NCBI GenBank assembly: GCA_963701095.1
Contig: OY969564.1
Coordinates: 2,240,001 to 2,304,000 of the forward strand
Source: an uncultured Methanoregulaceae archaeon
GTDB lineage: Archaea; Halobacteriota; Methanomicrobia; Methanomicrobiales; Methanospirillaceae
Reading direction: 5' to 3'
DNA length: 64,000 nt
Shown here in pieces: positions 10,269-20,007 of this stretch. How positions within the stretch are numbered: the stretch's first letter is position 1; each line of letters starts with the position of its first letter. A model generated the notes under the pieces. The model had not been told where the DNA came from. It saw only the letters and a program-made list of their open reading frames with translations, and ran no database searches. The position numbers and the translations under genes were made by a program.

Positions 10269-10766
10269 ATGAAAAATGAAACGATACTTTTTATCTGCTC
10301 TTTTAATTCGGTCAGGTCCCCCATGGCTGAAGGAATTCTCCGGCACCGGGATGTCTGCCGGCACTATACCATCTGCTCTGCAGGAATAGCGCCGGTCCGG
10401 GTCCGTCCCGGCGCAGTTGCGGTCATGCAGGAGATGAAAATAGATATATCTGATCATCTCCCTGCTTCACTCTACCAGTACCGGAATGAACATTTCGATT
10501 ATGTCATCACGCTTTGCAATAATGTCCGGGGGACGGCTGAAGAGATGCTGGTAGGTGGGGACCGGTTTATTCACCGGGATTTTGTCAGCCCTTCGGAAAT
10601 AGGGAAAACACACGGGGAAATTCTTGAGGAATACCGGAAATTGCGCGACGAGATCGGGGCATGGGTCGACGAGCTTTTTCCGGCTGCCGCCTTGGCGCCG
10701 GGAAAAAATAATGGCGAAATAAAGGCTGGTGCCACTATTTCTCCCATTTCTACCGGACACGCATAA
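10269..10766 (+). CDS. LMW-PTP/ArsC-family protein (arsenate reductase-like, non-canonical active site)
   Basis: ILFICSFNSVRSPMAEG P-loop, SAG, FDYVITLC, RKLRDEI. Confidence 0.85.
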   Translation: MKNETILFICSFNSVRSPMAEGILRHRDVCRHYTICSAGIAPVRVRPGAVAVMQEMKIDISDHLPASLYQYRNEHFDYVITLCNNVRGTAEEMLVGGDRFIHRDFVSPSEIGKTHGEILEEYRKLRDEIGAWVDELFPAAALAPGKNNGEIKAGATISPISTGHA

Positions 10767-10807
10767 ATAGTTGTCAGGGTGGAAAGGTACACTAAAGAGA
10801 GACGGAT

Positions 10808-11002
10808 ATGACCTATACCTCTTCATCGAATATGATCGATCTCGATGGTCCGCTCATCCAGGTATTTTTAGGATTTCTGTTCGCGATAATCGGGTGCGTC
10901 CTTTTGATCAGCGCACCGCAATACACTGATTTGGCCTATCTCCTCTTTCTTGTAGCTGGTGTACTGGTTGCTCTTTCTATGATTTTTCTTGCTAGTGCAT
11001 AA
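10808..11002 (+). CDS. Small two-TM membrane protein
   Basis: Two hydrophobic segments. Confidence 0.55.
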   Translation: MTYTSSSNMIDLDGPLIQVFLGFLFAIIGCVLLISAPQYTDLAYLLFLVAGVLVALSMIFLASA

Positions 11003-11115
11003 TCACAATAGATATTTTCAATAAATATATACATGAGAAAAATAACTATGTAGTTAGTGCCCCCGGAACTTCCCTCCGCTTCTGATCCACTCTGGCGCCG
11101 GGAAACGGTCCTCAG

Positions 11116-11652
11116 GTGTACACGTCTCTGAGGAAGAACATGTATCGGTTTACATCCAAAATAACAACAAATCCCATAAACCAAAGCGGACTTATCGCCG
11201 GTGCTATTGGTGGAGAGTCAGTCGTACTTGTTGTTCTGGTGAACACGCTTATTATCCGGACCTTCACCCAGGAAAATCTCCTGCCCGGTGATCCAAAAAT
11301 AATTGCATGGAACACCATCTACCCGTTCCTTATTATTGCGATTTTTGAAGGATGGGGGGTATTTGCCGCCTGGCTTGGCAGGTCAGAACTGCGCAGTGAT
11401 AACGATGCACTTATGGCCGGGTTTATCACCGGCATTGTCATTGGCATTTTGCTTGAAGTAATGTGGGTAGCCCAGCTCATCAGCCTGATTGCACATCAGT
11501 TCGGATCGTATTCCGGCGTTTTCGCCGGGTTTGGAAACATACTTATTACCTCCATGATCCTGGTTATTTTCGTTATCCTGGGGGGAATACTGTCGGGATT
11601 TGGCTCGTATATTTTTTATTTATTCAGATCATCCCCGAAGAACCAGAAGTAA
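11116..11652 (+). CDS. Multi-pass membrane protein, hypothetical
   Basis: Four Gly-rich hydrophobic segments; ATG alternative at 11140. Confidence 0.7.
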   Translation: MYTSLRKNMYRFTSKITTNPINQSGLIAGAIGGESVVLVVLVNTLIIRTFTQENLLPGDPKIIAWNTIYPFLIIAIFEGWGVFAAWLGRSELRSDNDALMAGFITGIVIGILLEVMWVAQLISLIAHQFGSYSGVFAGFGNILITSMILVIFVILGGILSGFGSYIFYLFRSSPKNQK

Positions 11653-11742
11653 TCCCGGCTTCAAGCGTTCGGAAAAGGATCTTTCAGGAATCTCAAAAAT
11701 CTATATAGAAATTATTTTAAGTATATACTGTAAGTATAAACT

Positions 11743-11925
11743 ATGTGTTTATCCTTCCAGCCCTACCGCCACAACACCGGCCGTTGCCTTGATGAACCGG
11801 TTCCTGATACTGAAAATCCGGTATTGGAGCGATCGCATACATTATCTGAATTTATGACGGATAACCTTGGTCTGACCTATGTTTCAGTCAGGAATTGCGA
11901 TCTCGAACGGTTCAGTGTCAAATAA
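11743..11925 (+). CDS. Small hypothetical protein
   Basis: 60-aa ORF directly after an AT-rich promoter-like block. Confidence 0.35.
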   Translation: MCLSFQPYRHNTGRCLDEPVPDTENPVLERSHTLSEFMTDNLGLTYVSVRNCDLERFSVK

Positions 11926-11937
11926 TTCGGTGGTGCA

Positions 11938-12135
11938 ATGATAATGCAATGCCAGAGTGAAATGTTGGAATTACTGTCAGCGCCAGCGGTATTGTTACGC
12001 AACCGTCCGTTTGGATCCCTCGATCCTGAGGATCTCAAGGGGCTCCGCGAATGGGTTACCGCGAAAAGGATTGCAGAAATAAAAACTCAGGAAAACTATA
12101 CTTCTCTATATTATGCACCCTGGCGGATAGGGTAA
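11938..12135 (+). CDS. Small hypothetical protein
   Basis: GGTG RBS-like motif; 65 aa. Confidence 0.5.
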   Translation: MIMQCQSEMLELLSAPAVLLRNRPFGSLDPEDLKGLREWVTAKRIAEIKTQENYTSLYYAPWRIG

Positions 12136-12289
12136 CAGTGATTTTTATAGATATACAGCACTAGTTATTTTGAAAAAAAAGTCTGTGGGGGATTTGCGTG
12201 ACGCAAATCAATGAAACGCATCAAGAAGATGATTGCTTCTTGATAGAATATAGTTTAAACACTATCTCTATAAATAAATTTCGATAACT

Positions 12290-13192
12290 ATGGCTGCGGA
12301 AACGGACAGTTTTGAGAAGTTTTTTGAGATGTATAAGCGTTTTTGCTACATTTTCGGTCGGTCTTTTGATCGGAACCCCAACCGCGATATCATCAAACTG
12401 ATCTACCAGGCCGATCTTGAAATGACCCCGGGGATGTTTACCTCGTTATGGATTGTCACGACGATGGTCGTCGGTACTTTGATGATTATTATTGCCGCAT
12501 TCATTTTCCTGCTCCCCCAGAGCCCGTTTGCAATGCCGGCTCCTTTGCCCTACATACTGCTCTTTGCTCTTATCGGTGCAGCTGCAGTTGCTATTGGTTT
12601 TCCCTTTTACCTGCAAAACCAGATCGAGAATAAAAAGCGGGATATCGATACCCAGGTCCCGTATGCCCTTGCATTCATGTCGATCCTTGCAAGTTCGGGT
12701 GCTACGCCACTCGATATTATCCGGAGGATTGCCCGGGAAGAGTACGGCCAGATCTCCAATGAGTTTCGCAAAGTGCTCTTCCGGGTGGATGTACTCGGGG
12801 AAGATGTGGTCACCGCGATGAACGGGCTTGTGCAGAATACGCCGTCCGATATATTCCGGGACATCTGCATCGATATGACCAACATTATCTACGGTGGTGG
12901 GGGCCTGAAATCCTATCTTGAGACCAAGTCAAAAGAACTCATGTCCATCCGCCGCCAGACCTACAAGGAATTTGTGGAGTCGCTCGCCGTATTCGGTGAG
13001 GGATATCTCGGGGGAGTAGTCATGACTATTACCCTGGCTGTGCTGGGCGTGGTGATTACCGGTGCTCTCGGTATCCAGATAGGGCCATTTTCCGCACAGG
13101 ATTTGTTCAATTACCTGGTTTACCTGTTGATCCCGCTCATCAATGTGATCTTCCTGCAGATGCTGGCTGTGAAATATTCGACTACCCCGTGA
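12290..13192 (+). CDS. Type IV pilus platform protein (T2SS-F/TadC/FlaJ-like)
   Basis: IDTQVPYALAFMSILASSG...YGQISNEF....DVLGED, typical of archaeal TadC. Confidence 0.92.
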   Translation: MAAETDSFEKFFEMYKRFCYIFGRSFDRNPNRDIIKLIYQADLEMTPGMFTSLWIVTTMVVGTLMIIIAAFIFLLPQSPFAMPAPLPYILLFALIGAAAVAIGFPFYLQNQIENKKRDIDTQVPYALAFMSILASSGATPLDIIRRIAREEYGQISNEFRKVLFRVDVLGEDVVTAMNGLVQNTPSDIFRDICIDMTNIIYGGGGLKSYLETKSKELMSIRRQTYKEFVESLAVFGEGYLGGVVMTITLAVLGVVITGALGIQIGPFSAQDLFNYLVYLLIPLINVIFLQMLAVKYSTTP

Positions 13193-13198
13193 TCCGTT

Positions 13199-14566
13199 AT
13201 GCCTGCGCCACCTAAGAACAAACCGGTCAATAAGAAAATGGATGAACTCCATGAGATTATCGAACGGATACGGATCAAGTACAACCCGCCGCGGGAACTG
13301 TTCACGATCGCTATTCCGGTAGCTATTGCCCTGTTGGTCGTTTTATCTGCATTTTTGATGGGATATACTCTTCACACCACGCAAAAACAAGTAACTGTCA
13401 CCACAAGTGACAAAGAAAAAGCACTGCAGGCATACCTTGCACAAATGAACAACGAGGGCGGCAATGGTACAGAAGAATCTGCTAATATAACGCCGACAAC
13501 ACCTGTAGCTCCAACAATGGGACTGGACGAGGTGATGGTATTTGCTCTCCTTATCGCTATTATCCCGTACGCGGTGGATATTACAATCCAGAAAAGGGCG
13601 GTTCGTAAAAAAGAAGAGCTCTATACCGAGTTTCTTTTCAAGCTCTCTGAGCTGATGAGAGGCGGTCTCGATCCGATAAAAGCGGTAAAGGAACTCTCTA
13701 AAACTGATCTTGGTGTTCTGACCCCGCATATCCGCATCGCATCGACATCGATGACCTATGGAAAATCCTTTGAAGAGGCCATGAAGGCGATGTCGAAATC
13801 GCTTCACTCCGAGTTGATTACCAGGTATACCATGCTCGTTGTTCAGGCTTCATATTCAGGGGGGTCAGTTGCTGATCTTATTCTCAAGGCCTCAGAAGAT
13901 ATGCGGAGCATTATCTCAATAGAAAGGGAAAAAGAAGGTAACCTTCACCAGTATGTGATGATCTTCTACTTTGCTCAGGCGATTATCATATTTATCGTCT
14001 ATATCCTAACGACAAGCCTGCTCCCGTTCGTAGCACAGATAGGTGCCACCCAGATGTTTGGTAAATCAGATATTGGTGATATCGATTTTGCCCGGGGATT
14101 CTTTCATATGATCATTCTCAACTCCATATTCGGTGGTCTGATTATTGGTAAGATCAGCGAAGGGGAGGCACGGTACGGTCTCAAGCATGTCGTGGTGCTC
14201 GTCGCCGTGGGGTATATTGCATGTGCTCTGTTTATACTTCCTCCGCCGGTTGCACCGGTCGGACCAAAAATCAATATTACTGTCGTATCCGGGGATCAAC
14301 AGACTGGAGTTATTGCATTACCGCTTTCAAACCCCATTGTTTTCCAGCTTACAGATGCAACTGGTAATCCTGTGAATAGTACATCGGTTTCATTCAGCAT
14401 AGTACCGAGTGGGTCAGTGAATCCGGTGTCGGCTACCTCAGATGATAAAGGACAAGTAGAGACGAAAGTCATTTTCGGATCCGATTCGGGATCTTATATT
14501 ATTACTGCAACGGCAAATGGAGTTTCCACTAAAGCAACCGCAATAGCAAAAACAGGAGGAAGTTAG
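13199..14566 (+). CDS. Second T2SS-F/TadC platform protein with C-terminal Big_1/invasin-type Ig-like domain
   Basis: EFLFKLSELMRGG...GLIIGKISEG...GLKH; tail VSGDQQTG...LTDATGNPV...V.F...SATSDDKG...ITAT. Confidence 0.9.
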   Translation: MPAPPKNKPVNKKMDELHEIIERIRIKYNPPRELFTIAIPVAIALLVVLSAFLMGYTLHTTQKQVTVTTSDKEKALQAYLAQMNNEGGNGTEESANITPTTPVAPTMGLDEVMVFALLIAIIPYAVDITIQKRAVRKKEELYTEFLFKLSELMRGGLDPIKAVKELSKTDLGVLTPHIRIASTSMTYGKSFEEAMKAMSKSLHSELITRYTMLVVQASYSGGSVADLILKASEDMRSIISIEREKEGNLHQYVMIFYFAQAIIIFIVYILTTSLLPFVAQIGATQMFGKSDIGDIDFARGFFHMIILNSIFGGLIIGKISEGEARYGLKHVVVLVAVGYIACALFILPPPVAPVGPKINITVVSGDQQTGVIALPLSNPIVFQLTDATGNPVNSTSVSFSIVPSGSVNPVSATSDDKGQVETKVIFGSDSGSYIITATANGVSTKATAIAKTGGS

Positions 14567-14570
14567 TTCT

Positions 14571-15035
14571 ATGCCAAAAAATATTGTTTGTATTATATCG
14601 TTATGTCTGCTCATTGTTGCAGCAGTGAATATTTCCGGTTGTACATCAAATATGCCAAATGTCCAATCGAATAAGACAGTGTTAAGTTCAGATCCTCAAA
14701 TAGGTATTCATGAATGGGTATACGCTGTAAACAACAAAAATATCGCCATGCTATATGATCTTGAACCTGACGGTTTCAAGCAGGAGATTTCATTAAGTCA
14801 ATTCGCCATCTTAAATAAAGATAATGAATTTATGAATCCTAATTCAAGTCTCACAGACTACACGATCCTCAATGAAACGAGTAATGCAACCACCGCAAAC
14901 ATTAGAGTGATGGTACATTGGTATGGACCAAAATCCCCAAATTCTACACAAATGGAGACAGTTCCCCTGTTGTTCAATTTTGAGGAATCATATGAAAATG
15001 GGGGCTGGAGAGTCTGGGAAATTCCATGGCAATAA
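14571..15035 (+). CDS. Putative lipoprotein (possibly NTF2-like fold), last gene of the TadC operon
   Basis: Hydrophobic N-terminus ending in the ISGC lipobox; C-terminal ENGGWRV; 4 bp after the previous stop. Confidence 0.7.
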   Translation: MPKNIVCIISLCLLIVAAVNISGCTSNMPNVQSNKTVLSSDPQIGIHEWVYAVNNKNIAMLYDLEPDGFKQEISLSQFAILNKDNEFMNPNSSLTDYTILNETSNATTANIRVMVHWYGPKSPNSTQMETVPLLFNFEESYENGGWRVWEIPWQ

Positions 15036-15087
15036 TACTTATCAAAATTTATGTTTAAAACCTTGAGTCGGGAAAATGGTAATTGAA

Positions 15088-15639
15088 TTACATCCCTTGG
15101 ACAAAATGATGACAGCTCGGGCAGACCCAGCCGACGGGGATCATCTCCCCGCTTATAGTTGTTGAAAATGCCTGAATCATGGGAGTGGTGCAGGGGCATA
15201 TTGGCCTGTTTGCGGCTGCCTGCTGTTCCATAAAGGAATTGAGCTTACGTTTTTTGTAAAGGGCACTCTCGATGCTGGCAAAAAGTTCCCGGGTATTTAT
15301 CGGCTTGACAAGGTACCCGCTTGATTCTGTCTGAACGACACGCTTTATGGTTTCATCGTCGGAATAAGCGGTAAGGAAAATGACAGGCGTTCCGTACTGC
15401 CCTTTGATCTTCTGGGCGGCTTCGATGCCATCCATATCTCCCTGGAGATGGATATCCATGAGGATTACATCCGGTTGACACTCTCCTGTAAGAGTGAGGG
15501 CTTCTTTGCCGCTCATTGCAATGCCGACAACTGAGTATCCAATCCGTTTGAGTGTTTCCTCCAGAGTAATGGCGACGAGCCCCTCATCCTCAACGATAAG
15601 AATTCTTTTTTCCGCAGAATTTGCAGGGTTTTTTATCAT
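15088..15639 (-). CDS. Response regulator (receiver domain) with C-terminal Cys4 zinc-ribbon-like tail
   Basis: ILIVEDE, PDVILMDIHL, FLTAYSD, YLVKP; tail CPC...WVCPSC. Confidence 0.92.
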   Translation of the reverse strand: MIKNPANSAEKRILIVEDEGLVAITLEETLKRIGYSVVGIAMSGKEALTLTGECQPDVILMDIHLQGDMDGIEAAQKIKGQYGTPVIFLTAYSDDETIKRVVQTESSGYLVKPINTRELFASIESALYKKRKLNSFMEQQAAANRPICPCTTPMIQAFSTTISGEMIPVGWVCPSCHHFVQGM

Positions 15640-15723
15640 AGTTTCGCTGGATAATAATTTTGCATTTGACTATATTTAGTTGTGTTTAATATAGAGTAGA
15701 CTTACAATATATTTAGGAACTTA

Positions 15724-17139
15724 ATGAGCAGTCAGATCCCTGAAAGCCTCACATGGAAGGGAACGGATAACCCGTTTGTGCAGATACCAGAGGATCCCGG
15801 GATCATGCGCATATTGATAATTATTGTTGCCGCTGCTACGGTTTGTGTCGCAGTATTCAGCCTGACTCATGGAATTCTCGCTCTTTACCAGTACCTTTTC
15901 CTTCTGCCTATCGTAATGACAGCGTATTTTTTTCCCCGGTATGGGATTGCCGCCTCCATTATAATGGGATTCTCTCTGGTTCTGCTGAATGTACTGTTTT
16001 TAGGAGAAAATCTTCCTGTTTTGTCGCTTGCCTGTGTTACCTTCGGTGTGTTTCTGGGGATCGGTGGCATCGTCACCATGATGTCAGAGAATATAACCGG
16101 GCTTAAAAAAAGATACCAGGATATATTTGCAATGTCTGAGGCTGGCATTGTTATTTTTAACAGGGATACTGGCTGTATTACAGAGGCCAATCCCGGTTTC
16201 CTCAGCTCCGCTCGGCTATGAATCCATGCGATCCGGATTGCCTGCTTTTTGCGATCTTTTCGAACGTGCCGAGCAATATCACGATCTGGCCGGGGAGTAA
16301 CAGTCAGCGAAAGAATTAGTGACAGGAAATGCTCCCTTCGTACGGCAACAGGGGCGTTGCGCCAGTTTCAGATTTCAGCTCGTAAATTTGCGGGTCCCTT
16401 TATTCTCTGTACCCTTATGGACATCACGGAAAGAAAACAATACGAGGATATCTTGCGACAGTCATTGTCTGAAAAAGAGATCCTTCTCAAGGAAGTTCAC
16501 CACCGGGTCAAGAATAATATGCAGGTTATCATGAGCCTGCTGGAGCTCAATGCACTCAAGGCTGAAAACGCTCGTGAACGGTCACAGTACGCAGAGATGC
16601 AGGGAAGGGTGATGACTATGGCACTGATTCACGAGAAGCTGTACCAATCTCCGGTCTCCGGTTTCATCGAAGGGGAGGCATACTTCTCAGAACTCTTAAA
16701 AAATGTTGTTTCTGCTTCCGCGACGCCCGGAGTAAACTGTTTTGTCCGGGCACCAGGCATATTTCTCGATATTGACAAGGCTATTCCCTGTGGTCTCATT
16801 ATCAACGAGCTTGCGACAAATTCGCTGAAATACGCTTTTCATAATGAGGCGGGACCGGAGATTCACCTGACCCTCGTTATAGATAATGAAGGTATGTGTG
16901 TATTGGATTATGGTGATAATGGTGAAGGTTTTCCCGAATCCTTTGACTTCTCTGCATCAGAAACTCTTGGTATTAGGTTGGTGCATATGCTCGTACGCCA
17001 ACTTAAAGGAGTAATATCAATCACCAATAACAAAGGCACTCATTTCTGCATACGATTCCCCTTAAACATTCATGAACGGGAATTGAGAGCATCTGTTGCC
17101 CAGATTGCTGAGCAAACAACCATTGCCCAGTGGGCTTAA
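15724..17139 (+). CDS. Membrane-bound PAS/HisKA_2 sensor histidine kinase; compensating frameshifts at about 16210 and 16293
   Basis: N-terminal TMs; PAS (EANPGF..LGY, DITERK); H-box KEVHHRVKNN; NELATNSLKYAF, DNGEG, TLG..LV. Confidence 0.88.
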
Positions 17140-17304
17140 CAATGGGAGATGTGAAATTGCTTCAGACAGGGAGAGGATATTCACCGATGGTAGGAAACTA
17201 CTATGAGGAATTTGTTCCCGATACATGACTAAATAGTGCAATAGAGAATATAGAAGTAACCATGATATGATTCGAGAAAGAAGTAATAATTCCCCGGGGC
17301 ACCC

Positions 17305-19086
17305 ATGAAAGTCCGTACGCGATCACGCCTGATTCTTGCTGCAATGGCCTTTATTTTCTTAATCGCCCTGAGTTTTATTACCCAGTTTGTTATCCTTGAT
17401 TCCTTCAGGACGATGGAAAAACAGCAGATGACAGCAAATGTTGAGAGGGTTATTTCAAATCTCAACAACCAGGAAACAACAGTTGCGGCAACCTGCAGGG
17501 ATTGGGCTGGTCGTGATGAGACGTATGCTTTTTTGGGAGGACTGAATTCGTCAGGGCCTCATGGTACATTTGATCAGCCGCTCCTTTTGGGAACTCTCGA
17601 TATCGATTATCTTCTCATGTACAATACTTCGGGACAACTGGTTTTTTCTGAAGGAGCCATGACATCAGACGGAACCCCTGAAGTCATTCCGGGGCAGCTC
17701 CAGAATATAATCGACGACAGTATTATTCCTGCGGGAGTGCCCGAGGGAGTTTCCGGAAGACATGGGGTATCTTTTCTGAATGGTGAACCGGTAATTCTTG
17801 CCGGCTACGCTATCCGGGGAAGTGACCCGTCAGAGCCTTTAAGGGGTACGCTGGTGATGGTGAGGGTCCTTAACAGCCAGAGGATTGGGGATATGGAAAG
17901 CGTACTCCAGATCCCAGACTTTTCTATTGGCCCCTCTTCCGTGGTTTCAAGTGCTGGTGTACTGAATGCCACGGATATACAAAAAATGAAAAAAGGCCAG
18001 ATCATTAGTCAGCCCGTAAACAACAGCCTTATGGGTGGCACGGCAATGATCAGTGGTATCGAGGATAAACCGACATACCTGGCGCTGCAGGTTTTTACAG
18101 ATCGTACATTGTTCACTGATGTGCAAACGTCGATCCTTATTATCGCGGTTTCCATTATCATATTGAGTTTGGTTTTCATTGTCGCGGTACAGTTTTTACT
18201 TCAGCGTTTTGTTCTCGGACCGCTCAGTGCCCTTGATGATGATATAAAAATCGTCGGTAAATCAGGTGATCTCTCCCGTCGCATCCCGGAAAAAGGAGAT
18301 GACGAGATTGTTTCCGTTACCCGGGCCTTAAACCAGATGCTTGCAGACCTTGAGGAAAAAAGGGCCGAGCTTTCTGCAGCACGTAGTGAACTTGCCGAAC
18401 GTAACCGGGATCTTGAGGAATATAACAGGAAGGCAAATCTGTACCTGGATATTTACCTCGACGTAATTACGTATGAGATACTGAATGCCATCATGGGTCT
18501 CAGAGGATATGCCGAATATCTCAATGATATGGCTCATGAAAACGAAAAGCGGTTCCTTAAAAAGATCATCGATCTCGCCCAGAAAAGTAACAACGTTATT
18601 CGTAATATCGAGACAATCAGCCGCATTTACAAGATGCAACCCGGCGTTGTTGCTGTCAACCTTGAGAATATCATTCAGCATGAAATAGCCGCACGTCCGA
18701 ACCTTCATATCACTCTTGAGGGATGTGCCCTTTCGGTGTGTGCCAACGATATGCTCGGCGTAGTCTTTGACAACCTGTTTTCGAATAGTCTGAAATTTGG
18801 CGGATCTGAGGTGTCTATAATGGTCTCTGCCCGGCAAAAAAGTAAGGGTATGCTCGAAATATCGGTCATCGATAACGGGCCGGGTATTGCCGATGAAATG
18901 AAACCCGGTATTTTTGACCGGTTTGCCAAGGATACCAAAACCCGGAGCAGTTATGGCCTCGGGCTCCACATTGTCAAGATGCTCATAGAAGGGTATGGGG
19001 GCCGGGTATGGGCCGATGACAGGATCCCGGGCGACGCATCCTCCGGCGTTGCAATATGCTTTACTCTTCGTCTTGCCAAAAAATAA
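17305..19086 (+). CDS. CHASE4-HAMP sensor histidine kinase-like protein (H-box His replaced by Tyr)
   Basis: DWAGRDETYAF (CHASE4), HAMP GDDEI..LNQML, N-box NLFSNSLKF, DNGPGI, GLGL. Confidence 0.9.
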   Translation: MKVRTRSRLILAAMAFIFLIALSFITQFVILDSFRTMEKQQMTANVERVISNLNNQETTVAATCRDWAGRDETYAFLGGLNSSGPHGTFDQPLLLGTLDIDYLLMYNTSGQLVFSEGAMTSDGTPEVIPGQLQNIIDDSIIPAGVPEGVSGRHGVSFLNGEPVILAGYAIRGSDPSEPLRGTLVMVRVLNSQRIGDMESVLQIPDFSIGPSSVVSSAGVLNATDIQKMKKGQIISQPVNNSLMGGTAMISGIEDKPTYLALQVFTDRTLFTDVQTSILIIAVSIIILSLVFIVAVQFLLQRFVLGPLSALDDDIKIVGKSGDLSRRIPEKGDDEIVSVTRALNQMLADLEEKRAELSAARSELAERNRDLEEYNRKANLYLDIYLDVITYEILNAIMGLRGYAEYLNDMAHENEKRFLKKIIDLAQKSNNVIRNIETISRIYKMQPGVVAVNLENIIQHEIAARPNLHITLEGCALSVCANDMLGVVFDNLFSNSLKFGGSEVSIMVSARQKSKGMLEISVIDNGPGIADEMKPGIFDRFAKDTKTRSSYGLGLHIVKMLIEGYGGRVWADDRIPGDASSGVAICFTLRLAKK

Positions 19087-19136
19087 TTCCACGTGTTTTT
19101 CTGGGACGTCTCAGCAGGATGCAAGAGAAAAAATGA

Positions 19137-19751
19137 CTATCCGTGTCGCTCTCTGGTATCGATTAGGAATCCTTCATCGCTCACTGTGAAAGGTAGCATC
19201 TTTTCAGAAAGCTTGGCTCCCTGCATTTTGGGGATATTGAGAAAACGTTTGAGTTTATCCCCTTCAATTACGGTGGTCACCTGAATAATCCCGTCTGCCA
19301 TAGCCCGCAAAAGTGCCTCATGCCGTTCGGGGAGAACACCGCGATCTACAAGCAGGAGGAGAACATGGCCGGTTTTTGCTGCGGTGAGGAGCCGGGAAAT
19401 AGCGTCCCGGAATTCGGAAAGAGGCGTATCAAGGAAATAGAGTGAAAACTGATCTACGATCACCAGGTTGCAGTTCCCAGGGAGTGTAAGAATATCAAGG
19501 AGCGGTCCGGGAGCGGTTCCGTGCATTTCTTCAATATGGAATCCCTTCACCGGCAAAATTCTCAGGAGTTTCATGTCATCGCGGATCTCGTCTGATGCTC
19601 TTGTGGTGATATAACACACGTCTTTTCCGTCAGCTGCCGCCTCTGAGGCTATATATTGGGCATAGATTGATTTGGCGAGCCCCAAATCTTCTTCAATCAG
19701 GATCACGCTCTTTTTCGGAAAATTATCTAAGCCATGAACGAGTGTCATCAA
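19137..19751 (-). CDS. Single-domain KaiC/RAD55-like RecA-superfamily protein with degenerate Walker A
   Basis: VCYITT, LVIVD.FS, MADGIIQ, RFLNIPKM, PFTVSDEGF.IDT. Confidence 0.8.
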   Translation of the reverse strand: MMTLVHGLDNFPKKSVILIEEDLGLAKSIYAQYIASEAAADGKDVCYITTRASDEIRDDMKLLRILPVKGFHIEEMHGTAPGPLLDILTLPGNCNLVIVDQFSLYFLDTPLSEFRDAISRLLTAAKTGHVLLLLVDRGVLPERHEALLRAMADGIIQVTTVIEGDKLKRFLNIPKMQGAKLSEKMLPFTVSDEGFLIDTRERHG

Positions 19752-20007
19752 CTATCTTTTGCATGTCCCCTCTCATAAGTGCTTTCCAACTCAGATGGAA
19801 CTTCAACAAACGGAATTTGGCAAATCCGGGAAACAATTTAATGTAACCTGACAACAAAATTTCCGCTGTAATTCCCCATGATAACCTCCAATTTCATTTT
19901 AAATCGTTTGTTTTTTACAGAAACTTTTTATAGGAAAAGTACCCCACAATATTATATCCCCCACAGAGATCACTCCTGAAAAAGCGCGTCTCCGGGATGC
20001 AACAAAA

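Noticed and set aside
16200..16300. Selenocysteine or stop read-through at the in-frame TGA of the PAS kinase
   Set aside because: A different frame gives the expected PAS continuation (LGYE...DLF), so two compensating indels explain it
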